From a virus: a stretch of 64,000 nucleotides of DNA. Within the stretch, counting starts at the first letter, position 1. Each line of letters opens with the position of its first letter. The notes under the pieces are model-generated. The model did no database searches. It saw nothing but the letters and a program-made list of their open reading frames with translations, and was not told the DNA's origin. A program made the position numbers and the translations under genes. The DNA is taken from the IMG/VR virus record IMGVR_UViG_3300044878_000169. One strand, given 5' to 3'. Positions 18,931-27,718 of this stretch are shown piece after piece.

Positions 18931-19385
18931 GCGCGTTCGTGAAGGCCTACCCGCGGGCCAAGGTCAGCCGGCACCCGAACATCAACGGATGGGTCATCGA
19001 CCTGATCCAGCGCGAGGGGGCCCGCCCGCGTCGTGTCGCGGCCACCTACGTCAACGCCGAGTTCGCGGCGCGTGCCGCTCGGGTGAAGCTTGGCATGCCT
19101 GTCGCACCGGCGCCGCAGCTCCCTCCTCGGACCCTTCCGGCCGTCGCCCAGGTGCCCGTCGCCGCACCGGCCCCGCGGTTTGAGGTGTTCGAGCGGCCCC
19201 GCAAGGAGGCCCGCACCCGCGCACCGCACGGTCAGCGCGCCACCGGCACCTGCACCCCCTGCGGACGGCCCATGCGCCCGGCAGGCTCGAAGGTGTCCGA
19301 CTACCCCGGCACGACCCTCCGCCAGCGCGACGGGATCTGCCAGACCTGCTACCAGAAGGCCAAGCGCGAAGGAGCTGCAGCATGA
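18927..19385 (+). CDS. Hypothetical Zn-finger protein
   Basis: CTPC...CQTC. Confidence 0.65.
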   Translation: MSAFVKAYPRAKVSRHPNINGWVIDLIQREGARPRRVAATYVNAEFAARAARVKLGMPVAPAPQLPPRTLPAVAQVPVAAPAPRFEVFERPRKEARTRAPHGQRATGTCTPCGRPMRPAGSKVSDYPGTTLRQRDGICQTCYQKAKREGAAA

Positions 19386-20635
19386 GCGGCCTGACAGTAA
19401 GTGACTTCTTCTGCGGCGCCGGCGGATCGAGCTCCGGCATCATGCAGGTTCCCGGCCTTCACGTGAAGCTCGCCCTGAACCACTGGGAACGCGCCATCGA
19501 GACCCACGGATACAACCACCCGGACACCGACCACGCCTGCGCCGACATCGCGCACATCCGGCCGGAGTACACGCCGCGGACAAACCTGCTGTGGGCCTCC
19601 CCCGAGTGCACGAACTTCACCGTGGCCAAGGGCGTGAAGCGCGAGCAGTGGGACGGGCAGGACTCGCTCTTCACCGCGGGGCTCCCGGACGAGGCAGCGC
19701 AGCGCTCCCGCGCCACGATGTACGACGTGCCCCGCTTCGCCGAGGTCCACCAGTACGAGGCGATCATGACGGAGAACGTCGTCGAGGTTACCGCATGGAA
19801 GCCGTTCCGTGGATGGCTGCAGTCCATGGGCGACCTCGGCTACGAGCACAAGATCATCAGCCTCAACTCCATGCACGCCCAGGCGTTCGGGCCCGGTGCA
19901 CCTCAGTCCCGTGACCGCGTCTACATCGTGTTCTGGCGCAAGGGTAACAAGGCGCCGGACTTCGAGCGCCTTCGCCCAATGGCCGAGTGCGAGAAGCACG
20001 GCATGGTCCGGTGCATCCAGGCATTCAAAGACCCCAAGCGCGTCGTCGGCAAGTACCGGCAGCAGTACGTCTACCGCTGCCCGAACACCAGCTGCCGGAA
20101 CGCGGTGCTGGAACCGGTCGTGAAGCCCGCCTCGGACGCCATCGACTGGAGCCTCAAGGGTGTCCGCATCGGGGACCGGAAGAAGCCGCTGGCCGAAGCC
20201 ACGATGCGGCAGATCGTCGAGGGCCTGAACCGCTACCCGAACGCGCAGAGCATCCTGACGCAGTTCTACGGCTCCCCTTCGCCGAAGCCCACGACTGACC
20301 CGTACAGCACGTTCACCACCCGTGACCGGCACGGCCTCGTCGTGACCCTCCGCTCTAACGCGGTTGCCACCCCGGCCAGCGAGAAGCCGTTCACCACGAT
20401 CACGGCTGGCGGCAACCACCACGGGCTCATGACCTACACCGAGCAGGATGTCGCCGACGTCGCGTTCCGGATGATCCAGCCGCACGAGCAGATGTGGGGC
20501 ATGGACTTCCCGAAGGACTACACGATCCTCGGCACTATGAAGGAGCGCACCATGCAGGCCGGGAACGCGGTCACTCCGCCGGCTGCCCGCGACCTCGCAT
20601 CCATCGTTGCTGACTCGCTGGAGGTGGCAGCGTAA
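19382..20635 (+). CDS. C5 cytosine DNA methyltransferase
   Basis: Motif I FCGAGG, IV SPEC, VI ENV, VIII QSRDR, X AGNAV. Confidence 0.92.
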   Translation: MSGLTVSDFFCGAGGSSSGIMQVPGLHVKLALNHWERAIETHGYNHPDTDHACADIAHIRPEYTPRTNLLWASPECTNFTVAKGVKREQWDGQDSLFTAGLPDEAAQRSRATMYDVPRFAEVHQYEAIMTENVVEVTAWKPFRGWLQSMGDLGYEHKIISLNSMHAQAFGPGAPQSRDRVYIVFWRKGNKAPDFERLRPMAECEKHGMVRCIQAFKDPKRVVGKYRQQYVYRCPNTSCRNAVLEPVVKPASDAIDWSLKGVRIGDRKKPLAEATMRQIVEGLNRYPNAQSILTQFYGSPSPKPTTDPYSTFTTRDRHGLVVTLRSNAVATPASEKPFTTITAGGNHHGLMTYTEQDVADVAFRMIQPHEQMWGMDFPKDYTILGTMKERTMQAGNAVTPPAARDLASIVADSLEVAA

Positions 20636-21024
20636 TGGCGTACGTTTACCGCGGCACGATCCGCGACGTCACCTACCCGGCTCCGGCAAGCCAGGCGTCA
20701 ACCCCCGGCCCGAAGCCCAAGGCCCCCGTGTTCGACCCGTCGAAGTGCGGGACCTTCAGCGGGTACCAGCAGCACCGGAAGACCGGCACCCCGAAGTGCC
20801 AGCCCTGCAAGGACGCGAACGCCGCGTACAGCCGCGACTACGCGGCCAGGGTGAAGACCGGCCAGGTCCGGGAGCTTCACGTCGGGTTCCGTGACGACGC
20901 GTGCGGGACCTACGCCGGGTACTGCCGGCACCTACGCCACAAGGTCCCCGCGTGCGGGCCGTGCGCCGAAGCATCACGGCAGCACACCGCCGAGCACCGC
21001 GCCAAAGTGAGGGCAGCAGCATGA
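20635..21024 (+). CDS. Protein with two CGT-x-x-GY-x-x-H...CxxC repeats
   Basis: Internal duplication visible in the translation. Confidence 0.7.
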   Translation: MAYVYRGTIRDVTYPAPASQASTPGPKPKAPVFDPSKCGTFSGYQQHRKTGTPKCQPCKDANAAYSRDYAARVKTGQVRELHVGFRDDACGTYAGYCRHLRHKVPACGPCAEASRQHTAEHRAKVRAAA

Positions 21025-21230
21025 GCTACAAGTACGCCGGGAACCAGCCCGGCATCGTCAAGGGCAACCGGGCCGACGTCGCCGCCGAGGACTTCAACAC
21101 GGACAAATGCGGCACCTATGCGGGATACCACCGGCACCGCCGCTACGGTGTCCCCGCCTGCGAGGCATGCAGGGTCGCCAACGCCGACTACACGTTCCAG
21201 CTCCGTGAAGCACGAAAGGCGGCCGCCTGA
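21021..21230 (+). CDS. Protein with one CGTYAGY...CxxC repeat
   Basis: Paralogous to the preceding gene. Confidence 0.65.
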   Translation: MSYKYAGNQPGIVKGNRADVAAEDFNTDKCGTYAGYHRHRRYGVPACEACRVANADYTFQLREARKAAA

Positions 21231-22060
21231 TGGCACGGGACCGAGCGAACATCAACACGAACATCCACGCGGACCAGGACTGGCGGGACCTCACCATCGC
21301 CGAGCAGCACCTCTACTGGCTCCTCTCCACCCACCCGGACCTCAACTATGTCGGCGTGACTGACTGGCGCACAGCACGCCTCTCAGCAATGGCGGCCGAC
21401 GCGACACGGGAAGGCATCCAGGCGACCGCCGAGAGCCTGCAGGAGAAGAGGTTCGTGTTCATCGATGAGGACACCGAGGAAATCCTCGTCCGGTCCTTCA
21501 TGCGGCACGACGGGCTCCTGAAGCAGCCGAAGCTGTCCATCTCCATGGTGAACGCGTACGGCTCGGTGGCGTCCAAGTACATCCGCGAGGTCGTCACTTT
21601 CGAGCTGCAGCGGCTCCACGCCGAGCACCCGGAATGGGCGGCGTTTAGGCAAGAGAAAGTCATGGCCCTGGTCAGGGGTAAGGGTACGGATATGGGCGAA
21701 TTTACCCATAGCTTTACCCCTGCGGTTACCCCTCCATTTACCCTAAGCGTTGCCCAGCCTGACCCCCTGCCTACAACTACAGCTACTACTACATCTACAG
21801 ATCTCTCCCGCCGTTCGCCGGAGACCCGCATCCCTGACGGGTGGGAACCGAACGAACAGCACAAGGCAAAAGCGAGAGAGAAACATCTGGACGTGATGAT
21901 CCTGGCCGAGGCCTTCCGGAACCATGCCGAGGCGAATGACCGCCGGGTTAGGAACTGGGACGCAGCGTTCCGGAACTGGATCCTCAAGTCGAACCCCGGG
22001 ACACCCCCGGCGCACAACCCATGGTCCAAGGACTTCCACCAGGCAGGAGCGCAGGCATGA
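21230..22060 (+). CDS. Replication initiator protein
   Basis: Precedes the helicase; internal iterons; C-terminal WDAAFRNWI. Confidence 0.7.
   Translation: MARDRANINTNIHADQDWRDLTIAEQHLYWLLSTHPDLNYVGVTDWRTARLSAMAADATREGIQATAESLQEKRFVFIDEDTEEILVRSFMRHDGLLKQPKLSISMVNAYGSVASKYIREVVTFELQRLHAEHPEWAAFRQEKVMALVRGKGTDMGEFTHSFTPAVTPPFTLSVAQPDPLPTTTATTTSTDLSRRSPETRIPDGWEPNEQHKAKAREKHLDVMILAEAFRNHAEANDRRVRNWDAAFRNWILKSNPGTPPAHNPWSKDFHQAGAQA
21702..21800 (+). repeat. Iteron-like repeats, probable replication origin
   Basis: TTACCC at 21702, 21714, 21726, 21738 and TTGCCC at 21750, then CTAC repeats. Confidence 0.65.
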
Positions 22061-23358
22061 ACGACATGGCACCCCCGCAGGACATCGACGCGGAACGCTC
22101 CACCCTCGGGGCGATGATGCTCTCCCGCGACGTCATCCAGGACGTCACTGATCTGGTCTCGGGCCCGGACTTCTACCGGCCGGCGCACGAGACGATCTTC
22201 CGGACCATCCTCGAGCTGCACGCCCGGCATGAGCCGGTGGACGTGGTGACGGTGTCGAACGCGCTGGCCCGGGACGGGGATGTGGAGCGGGTGGGCGGGG
22301 TCGGGTACCTGCACGACATCGCCCAGACCTGCCCCACACCCTCGGCGGGTGGGTATTACGCCGGGATCGTGGCCCGGCAGGCAGTGCGCCGCCGGCTGGC
22401 CACGGCGGCGCACAAGATCGCCCAGCTCGCCCACCAGCCCGGGGACGAGTCGGAGCTCGTGGAGTTCGCCCGGAAGGAAGTCGACCAGACTTCGAAAGCG
22501 ACGACGTCGACGGTGCAGTCCTTCGGCGAAACCATCGACCTGATGCTCGGGGTGCTGGATGAGAAGCCGGATTACATCCCCACCCCGTGGAACGCGGTGA
22601 ACGAGATCATCGGCGGCCTCCGCCCGGGCGGCTTGTACGTCGTAGGCGCCCGCCCCTCGGTGGGGAAGTCGGTGGTGGCGCTGCAGCTGGCTAAGGCGAT
22701 GACGGCGCGGGGCGCGGTGGCGTTCTCGTCGCTCGAAATGTCCGAGGCCGATGTGCAGATGCGGGCCGTTTCCGCGGACCTCCGGATCAACCTGAAGAAC
22801 CTCATCGAACGGGACCTGACGGCCGGCGACTGGGAGAAGATCCGGGCCCGCCGCGCCGCCTGGGAGCACGTGCCCCTGTTCGTGGATGACAACTCGGGTG
22901 TGACGATCACGGACATCAAGCGCTTCGCCCGGTCCGTGAACCGCCGCCGGCCGCTCGCCGGGCTCGTGGTGGACTACCTGCAGCTGATGTCCCAGCCGCC
23001 CGGGGATAACCGTCCCCGCCATGAGTTCGTCTCGGACATGTCCCGGCAGTTGAAGATCCTGGCGATGGAGATGAAGATCCCCGTCGTCGCCCTGTCCCAG
23101 CTCAACCGCGGATCGACTCAACGGGAGGACAAGATGCCCACCATCTCGGACCTCCGCGAGTCGGGGTCGATCGAGCAGGACGCGGACGTGGTGATCCTGC
23201 TGCACCGGGAGATCATGGGCGAGAAGCGCGGGGAGCTGGCGATGCTGGTCGCGAAGAACCGCAACGGCGCGACCGACGTCGCCCACCTGACCTTCTGGGG
23301 GCATTACTCGAGCGCCTATGACGTCGGCACCATGCCCCGGACGCAGGCCGCCGCGTGA
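22057..23358 (+). CDS. dnaB: DnaB-like replicative helicase
   Basis: GARPSVGKS, VVDYLQL, LSQLNR, DLRESGSIEQDAD, KNRNG. Confidence 0.95.
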   Translation: MNDMAPPQDIDAERSTLGAMMLSRDVIQDVTDLVSGPDFYRPAHETIFRTILELHARHEPVDVVTVSNALARDGDVERVGGVGYLHDIAQTCPTPSAGGYYAGIVARQAVRRRLATAAHKIAQLAHQPGDESELVEFARKEVDQTSKATTSTVQSFGETIDLMLGVLDEKPDYIPTPWNAVNEIIGGLRPGGLYVVGARPSVGKSVVALQLAKAMTARGAVAFSSLEMSEADVQMRAVSADLRINLKNLIERDLTAGDWEKIRARRAAWEHVPLFVDDNSGVTITDIKRFARSVNRRRPLAGLVVDYLQLMSQPPGDNRPRHEFVSDMSRQLKILAMEMKIPVVALSQLNRGSTQREDKMPTISDLRESGSIEQDADVVILLHREIMGEKRGELAMLVAKNRNGATDVAHLTFWGHYSSAYDVGTMPRTQAAA

Positions 23359-23798
23359 GGGTGTGGGAGGTGACGGTCCCGGCGCCGTTCGTGAAGCCGG
23401 TCCGGAAGCGCAAGACGGGGAAGATGTTCCAGCGCAAGCCCTGGCTGAACAGCAACGACCGGGACCACTGGCGCGTGCTGTCGCCGATCCGGGCGGACTG
23501 GCGCCGGCTGGCCACGGAAGCCGCCGCGGCCGCCGGCCTGCCCACCAGCGTCGGCCGGGTCCACATCACCGGGCACGTGGTGAAGGAACGCGCCGGCGAC
23601 TACGACGCCATGAACTTCTACCCCACGGCGAAGGCGGTGGTGGACGGCCTGATCGACCACGGGCTGTGCTTGGACGATTCGAACGCGTTCGTGGAGGGCC
23701 CGTTCCTGTTCCCTGGCGGGAAGGGCCCGGCGGCGCTGGTGCTGACGATCCGGGAGATGGACACGCCGGAAGTTCCCGCTCAACAAAGGGAACACTAG
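23355..23798 (+). CDS. RusA-like Holliday junction resolvase
   Basis: DAMN..PTAKAVVDGL...DD motif. Confidence 0.75.
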   Translation: MRVWEVTVPAPFVKPVRKRKTGKMFQRKPWLNSNDRDHWRVLSPIRADWRRLATEAAAAAGLPTSVGRVHITGHVVKERAGDYDAMNFYPTAKAVVDGLIDHGLCLDDSNAFVEGPFLFPGGKGPAALVLTIREMDTPEVPAQQREH

Positions 23799-23817
23799 GG
23801 AACTTCTGAGGTAAGAT
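23789..23817 (+). promoter_or_regulatory. Operator plus -10 element
   Basis: GGAACACTAGGGAAC followed by TAAGAT. Confidence 0.65.
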
Positions 23818-23998
23818 GGAAACACAAAGAAGAAGCCCCCGCGCTGGACCAACAGCCGGGGGCACGACGGAAAGGGAACTTCCGCATGAACCAGTCTACC
23901 GCCCGCCGCCGGTCCCCGTGGCGCATCACCCGCCGCCTCACCGACCTCATCGGCGCCCAGCTCGTCCCCGGCCGGCACTACCAGTTCCGGGTGAGGGC

Positions 23999-24214
23999 AT
24001 GAGCGCGGCGATGTTGGAGGACCCTGAGGGCCGGGCGCTCGTGGCCGCGATTCATGAGCGCAAGGCAAGGGCCCCGTTCGACCCATCCGCCCCGCTCCCT
24101 GACCTGCACACCCCGAACAGTGCGCGGTCATGGGAGCCCGCCGCACGCCACTACCGGGACCTCACCGAAGACGAAAAGCAAGGGCTGACCGCCCACCAGG
24201 AAGGAACACGATGA
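23999..24214 (+). CDS. Hypothetical protein
   Basis: ATGA-coupled small gene. Confidence 0.55.
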   Translation: MSAAMLEDPEGRALVAAIHERKARAPFDPSAPLPDLHTPNSARSWEPAARHYRDLTEDEKQGLTAHQEGTR

Positions 24215-24456
24215 GCGAGAACATGGCAGAGCTGCCAGACGGATGGCACATACAGCGCGTTGCCCGTTACGACGGACCATCCGTTGACTTCATCTACGAA
24301 GCTCGGCATTGGCAGAAGAGCAGGCCGCATAAGAAGCACTGGTGGTCGCGGCCGAAGCCTGTCACGGGATGGTTCCCCGTCTACCAGTCTCGATTCCGTG
24401 ATGAGACCGCGGAATGGATCAGGCAGACCGCACGAGCGATGGAGGCCAACCGATGA
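24211..24456 (+). CDS. Hypothetical protein
   Basis: ATGA coupling; RBS. Confidence 0.55.
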   Translation: MSENMAELPDGWHIQRVARYDGPSVDFIYEARHWQKSRPHKKHWWSRPKPVTGWFPVYQSRFRDETAEWIRQTARAMEANR

Positions 24457-24734
24457 CCACCACTGACCAGCTCGCCGCCATCGAAGCCCGCTACGAGGCC
24501 GCTCAACAGGCATTGGCGAATGACCAGCGCCTAGTCAGCATCCGACAGCTTCACCGGCTCAGCGAATCGGCCAACGATGTCCCGGCCCTCCTCGCCCTCG
24601 TCCGGGAACAAGCCGCCAAGCTGGAGGCCATGGAGGCTCTTGCCCACAAGTGGGAGAACACGCCAGCCCTGCGCCGAGGAACATCAGCCGCAGCCATCCG
24701 TGCCGCGCTCACCGCAACGGAGGGTGCGCAGTGA
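24453..24734 (+). CDS. Hypothetical protein
   Basis: LAAIEAR...DVPALLALV phage-type motif. Confidence 0.65.
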   Translation: MTTTDQLAAIEARYEAAQQALANDQRLVSIRQLHRLSESANDVPALLALVREQAAKLEAMEALAHKWENTPALRRGTSAAAIRAALTATEGAQ

Positions 24735-24864
24735 TGCCTGAGGGGCAGGTCAGGCAACTGCTGGACACCCTGAAGGAAAACCTGAACAACGCACAAAACA
24801 CCACGCAAGCAATCACCTTCTCAGGCGGCTGCGCCGCATTGTCGATGGTGCTGGAGGAGTCGGA

Positions 24865-25227
24865 ATGAGCGGGATGGCGGAAGTGCTCGCGTGCCACGAC
24901 GACTGGGGCACAACACGGGGCTATGTGCACTGCGCCGGCTGCGACTGGTCCCAGGGAATTAGCGACACTGACGATGCGGATGAGGTTTTCCATGCCCACC
25001 AAGCCGCGATGCTGACCGCGGCGGGGTTCGGGCCCGTGGCGGAAGCCAAAGCCGAGGCGCTCGAAGAAGCGGCCCAGGACTTTGAGGACAACATTGGCGT
25101 CTGTGAGTTCGATGAACTGGCACGCCGAGATGGCGCCCATTGGACTCACATTGCCGACGCATGGGAGTACCAAGGCCCGTACATGGACTGGCTCCGCAAC
25201 CGTGCCGCCGAGTTGAGGAAGCCATGA
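24865..25227 (+). CDS. Hypothetical protein
   Basis: GGAGG RBS; ATGA coupling. Confidence 0.65.
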   Translation: MSGMAEVLACHDDWGTTRGYVHCAGCDWSQGISDTDDADEVFHAHQAAMLTAAGFGPVAEAKAEALEEAAQDFEDNIGVCEFDELARRDGAHWTHIADAWEYQGPYMDWLRNRAAELRKP

Positions 25228-25529
25228 GCGGGACCTACTGCGACGTGTACTGGGGCTCGCACGGTTGCGACCTTGAGCGAGGACACCAAGGGCTACACGC
25301 GTGCGACTGCTGCGACTGCCCGAACCATCGGCGTGACTTCGGTGCCCGCATGGACGAAGAAGGCTACGCGTACATGTGTGTCGCGACGTGGCCCTACTAC
25401 GGCGGCATCACCCAGTTCTACGGCGAGGACGCGCCGCCCGTGTCCGCCACTGAACGGCGCAGGCTCGAACGCGACTGGAAACGAGCCGTCCGGCGCCCAT
25501 CACTGATCCACAACGGAAGGAAGTCATGA
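25224..25529 (+). CDS. Cys/His-rich hypothetical protein
   Basis: ATGA coupling. Confidence 0.6.
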   Translation: MSGTYCDVYWGSHGCDLERGHQGLHACDCCDCPNHRRDFGARMDEEGYAYMCVATWPYYGGITQFYGEDAPPVSATERRRLERDWKRAVRRPSLIHNGRKS

Positions 25530-25623
25530 CCGAGGACGAGCGCGAGGCTCAGGCCCGGGCGCAGGAAGCCGACCGGATCGGCCCCGACCAGGAACGCGCC
25601 GACAACTACGAAAGAGAAGAATC

Positions 25624-25857
25624 ATGAGCGCAAATCAGCGCGGATGGTGTTCACGCCGGGAATGCCCGTGCTGGCGCCAGTCCAAGAGTGCTTGCTCCCA
25701 ATGGGAGGGGTATAGCGCGTCATGGCGCGGCACATATCAGGGTCACTACGTCAAGAGCGACATGGAGACGTGGCCGTTCAAGTTCTGCCCCTGCTGCGGC
25801 TTGGAGAAGAAGGACCATAGGCCCCTGATCCACAAGGGAGGCAAGCCCCGTGCCTGA
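25624..25857 (+). CDS. Cys-rich hypothetical protein
   Basis: FCPCCG motif. Confidence 0.55.
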   Translation: MSANQRGWCSRRECPCWRQSKSACSQWEGYSASWRGTYQGHYVKSDMETWPFKFCPCCGLEKKDHRPLIHKGGKPRA

Positions 25858-26004
25858 GTGTGAGGCGGAGCGCCGGATCAAGCAAACCCTGTACGTGATG
25901 GAGAACGACTGGGCGTCGGGGTCGTTCGATTACGGGAAGGTCAAGCAGATGCTGACCGGCCGCAAAGACGACACGTGCACGTGTGAAGCTGAAAGGATGA
26001 GCGC

Positions 26005-26397
26005 ATGACGATTGTTGAGTTTTTGGAAGCCCGCATCGCCGAGGATGAGCGTGATGCGAACGATGCCACCGGAGCCAGTTGGGTGGTGCTCCCCGGGGTT
26101 GATGTTTCGATGGTGAATATCGACGCGAGGCTTGTCCGTGATGATAAGTGGAAGTTCGGGAGGCTCGGACATATCGCCACAACGTCGCACGATGCAGCCT
26201 ACGCCGAGCACATAGCCCGCTGGGATCCGGCCCGCGTCGTTGCTGAGTGCGCCGCGAAACGGGCGATCCTTGACCAGCATGAACGAGCGCACCGGGTTTG
26301 TGTCACTTGCGAGCGGGAGTTCCCCTGCCCGACGTTGGAGATTATGGCGGCCGTCTACTCCGATCATCCCGACTATGACGAGGAATGGGCACTGTAG
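26005..26397 (+). CDS. DUF6221-like phage protein
   Basis: EFLEARIAEDE...HIARWDPARVVAECAAKRAI...YSDHPDY. Confidence 0.75.
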   Translation: MTIVEFLEARIAEDERDANDATGASWVVLPGVDVSMVNIDARLVRDDKWKFGRLGHIATTSHDAAYAEHIARWDPARVVAECAAKRAILDQHERAHRVCVTCEREFPCPTLEIMAAVYSDHPDYDEEWAL

Positions 26398-26415
26398 CGA
26401 CACGCCCAACAGTGA

Positions 26416-26444
26416 GGAACAGTAAGGAACTTACCTGTTAAGAT
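26416..26444 (+). promoter_or_regulatory. Operator plus -10 element (probably leaderless gene)
   Basis: GGAACAGTAAGGAAC followed by TAAGAT, 6 nt before ATG 26451. Confidence 0.6.
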
Positions 26445-26450
26445 AGTCCC

Positions 26451-27308
26451 ATGGGATCAAGCTGCGGGGCGTGCGATAACCAGCCGGACGGTATCTACCT
26501 GTGCCCGGGATGCCGGGACATACTCATTGCCGACCTCGGCAGGGTCGAGGCCACCGTCGAAGCCGTCTGGGCGTCCGCGGCCCGGATGAACGTCGGCAAC
26601 GGCAGCGTCGGGACCTCCGGGCATTCCGCCCCGTCCGAACCGACCAACGCCCGCGCCTACGACACCGGCCGCACCCTGAACGTCATCCTCACCGGCTGGA
26701 CCCACGCCCTCGGCAACCGGCAACCCCACGCCGTGAAGGCCGCGACCGTACTGCTCGAACAGATCCGCGAGGTACGGGGGATGGACTGGGCGCCGGTGCT
26801 GAAGCAGGAACTCCGGGAGGCTCTGACGGACTGTGACCGGGCCACCGACCGGGCCGCGCCCCGCATCTTCGCCGGCATCTGCCCCACCGAAGAGGGCGGG
26901 CAGGAGTGCGGCACCCCCGTCTACGCCCTCGAAGGCCGCCCGGAGGCCCGGTGCCAGACGTGCGGGGCGACCTGGGACGTCACGGACTGGCGGGAACGCG
27001 CCCTCATCGCAGCCGGGCCTGCCACCGCAACCGCGGGCGACCTGACCCGCATCCTCTCCGACCCGGTCCGGGCGCTCGTGTTCCCGCAGAACAAGGTCGC
27101 CGTGTGGGTGAACCGGAAGAAGCTCGCCCCCATCGGCTACCGGGACGGCCGCGCCGTCTACCAGGTGAGGAAGGTCCGGAACCTGTGGGAGCGGGCCATC
27201 AAGGAATCCGCGGCCCGGAGTGAACGCATGGCGGCGGCCAAGCTCGAACGGGAACGGGAAGAGCGACGGGTAGCCGTAGCCGAACGACTCGCACGACACG
27301 CCGCATAA
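26451..27308 (+). CDS. Zn-ribbon/HTH protein, probable late-gene regulator
   Basis: Several CxxC pairs; C-terminal HTH-like region; last gene before the packaging module. Confidence 0.6.
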   Translation: MGSSCGACDNQPDGIYLCPGCRDILIADLGRVEATVEAVWASAARMNVGNGSVGTSGHSAPSEPTNARAYDTGRTLNVILTGWTHALGNRQPHAVKAATVLLEQIREVRGMDWAPVLKQELREALTDCDRATDRAAPRIFAGICPTEEGGQECGTPVYALEGRPEARCQTCGATWDVTDWRERALIAAGPATATAGDLTRILSDPVRALVFPQNKVAVWVNRKKLAPIGYRDGRAVYQVRKVRNLWERAIKESAARSERMAAAKLEREREERRVAVAERLARHAA

Positions 27309-27643
27309 CGGAACACTAGACAACACTAGGTAAGACCTGTAACGTAGGTATTGCTTATGTTGCGAGAAGTGGCTGAGACCCCACCCGCGCACCTGCGAAC
27401 TTGAAGCCCGCCAGTGTCCCCCAGACCGGCGGGCTTCTTCGTTCCCCGCGGGACGGCGGGTAAAGACCGTCCCTCCGTCGGGCCCTGGAGGACTGCAGAA
27501 CCTCCGGGGTCTGGCACCAAGGACCACCCACAGGCCGGGCATCGCTACCTTCGCCGTGGGCATAGATAGGAATCCAACCCCCAAGGAGGCCCTATCTCCC
27601 GCGCAGGGTCAAGCGCACCGCCGCACGCCGGGAGGCGCCGGCA

Positions 27644-27718
27644 GGGCTGTAGCTCAAAGGCAGAGCAGGGTGGCTTCAACGCTTCCCGAAGTGCAGGGTT
27701 CGATTCCCCGCCGGCCCA
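27644..27718 (+). tRNA. tRNA-like element with non-canonical anticodon arm, isotype uncertain
   Basis: TAGCTCA..GG.AGAGC D-arm, GGTTCGATTCC T-arm, GGGCTG/CGGCCC acceptor stem. Confidence 0.6.

Larger units (their letters stand above)
4108..22541 (+). repeat. Direct repeat copy 1 (~18.4 kb) of 45567-64000
   Basis: ORF translations are identical at a constant +41459 offset; last visible mismatch is near 4107. Confidence 0.95.

Noticed and set aside
17596..20635. HNH plus methyltransferase as a restriction-modification pair
   Set aside because: The genes are separated by ssb, a terminator and a new promoter; the HNH is small and sits in the recombination module
11674..27329. CRISPR array from the GGAAC repeats
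   Set aside because: Repeats are 15 bp, kilobases apart and in mixed orientation; no spacers or cas genes
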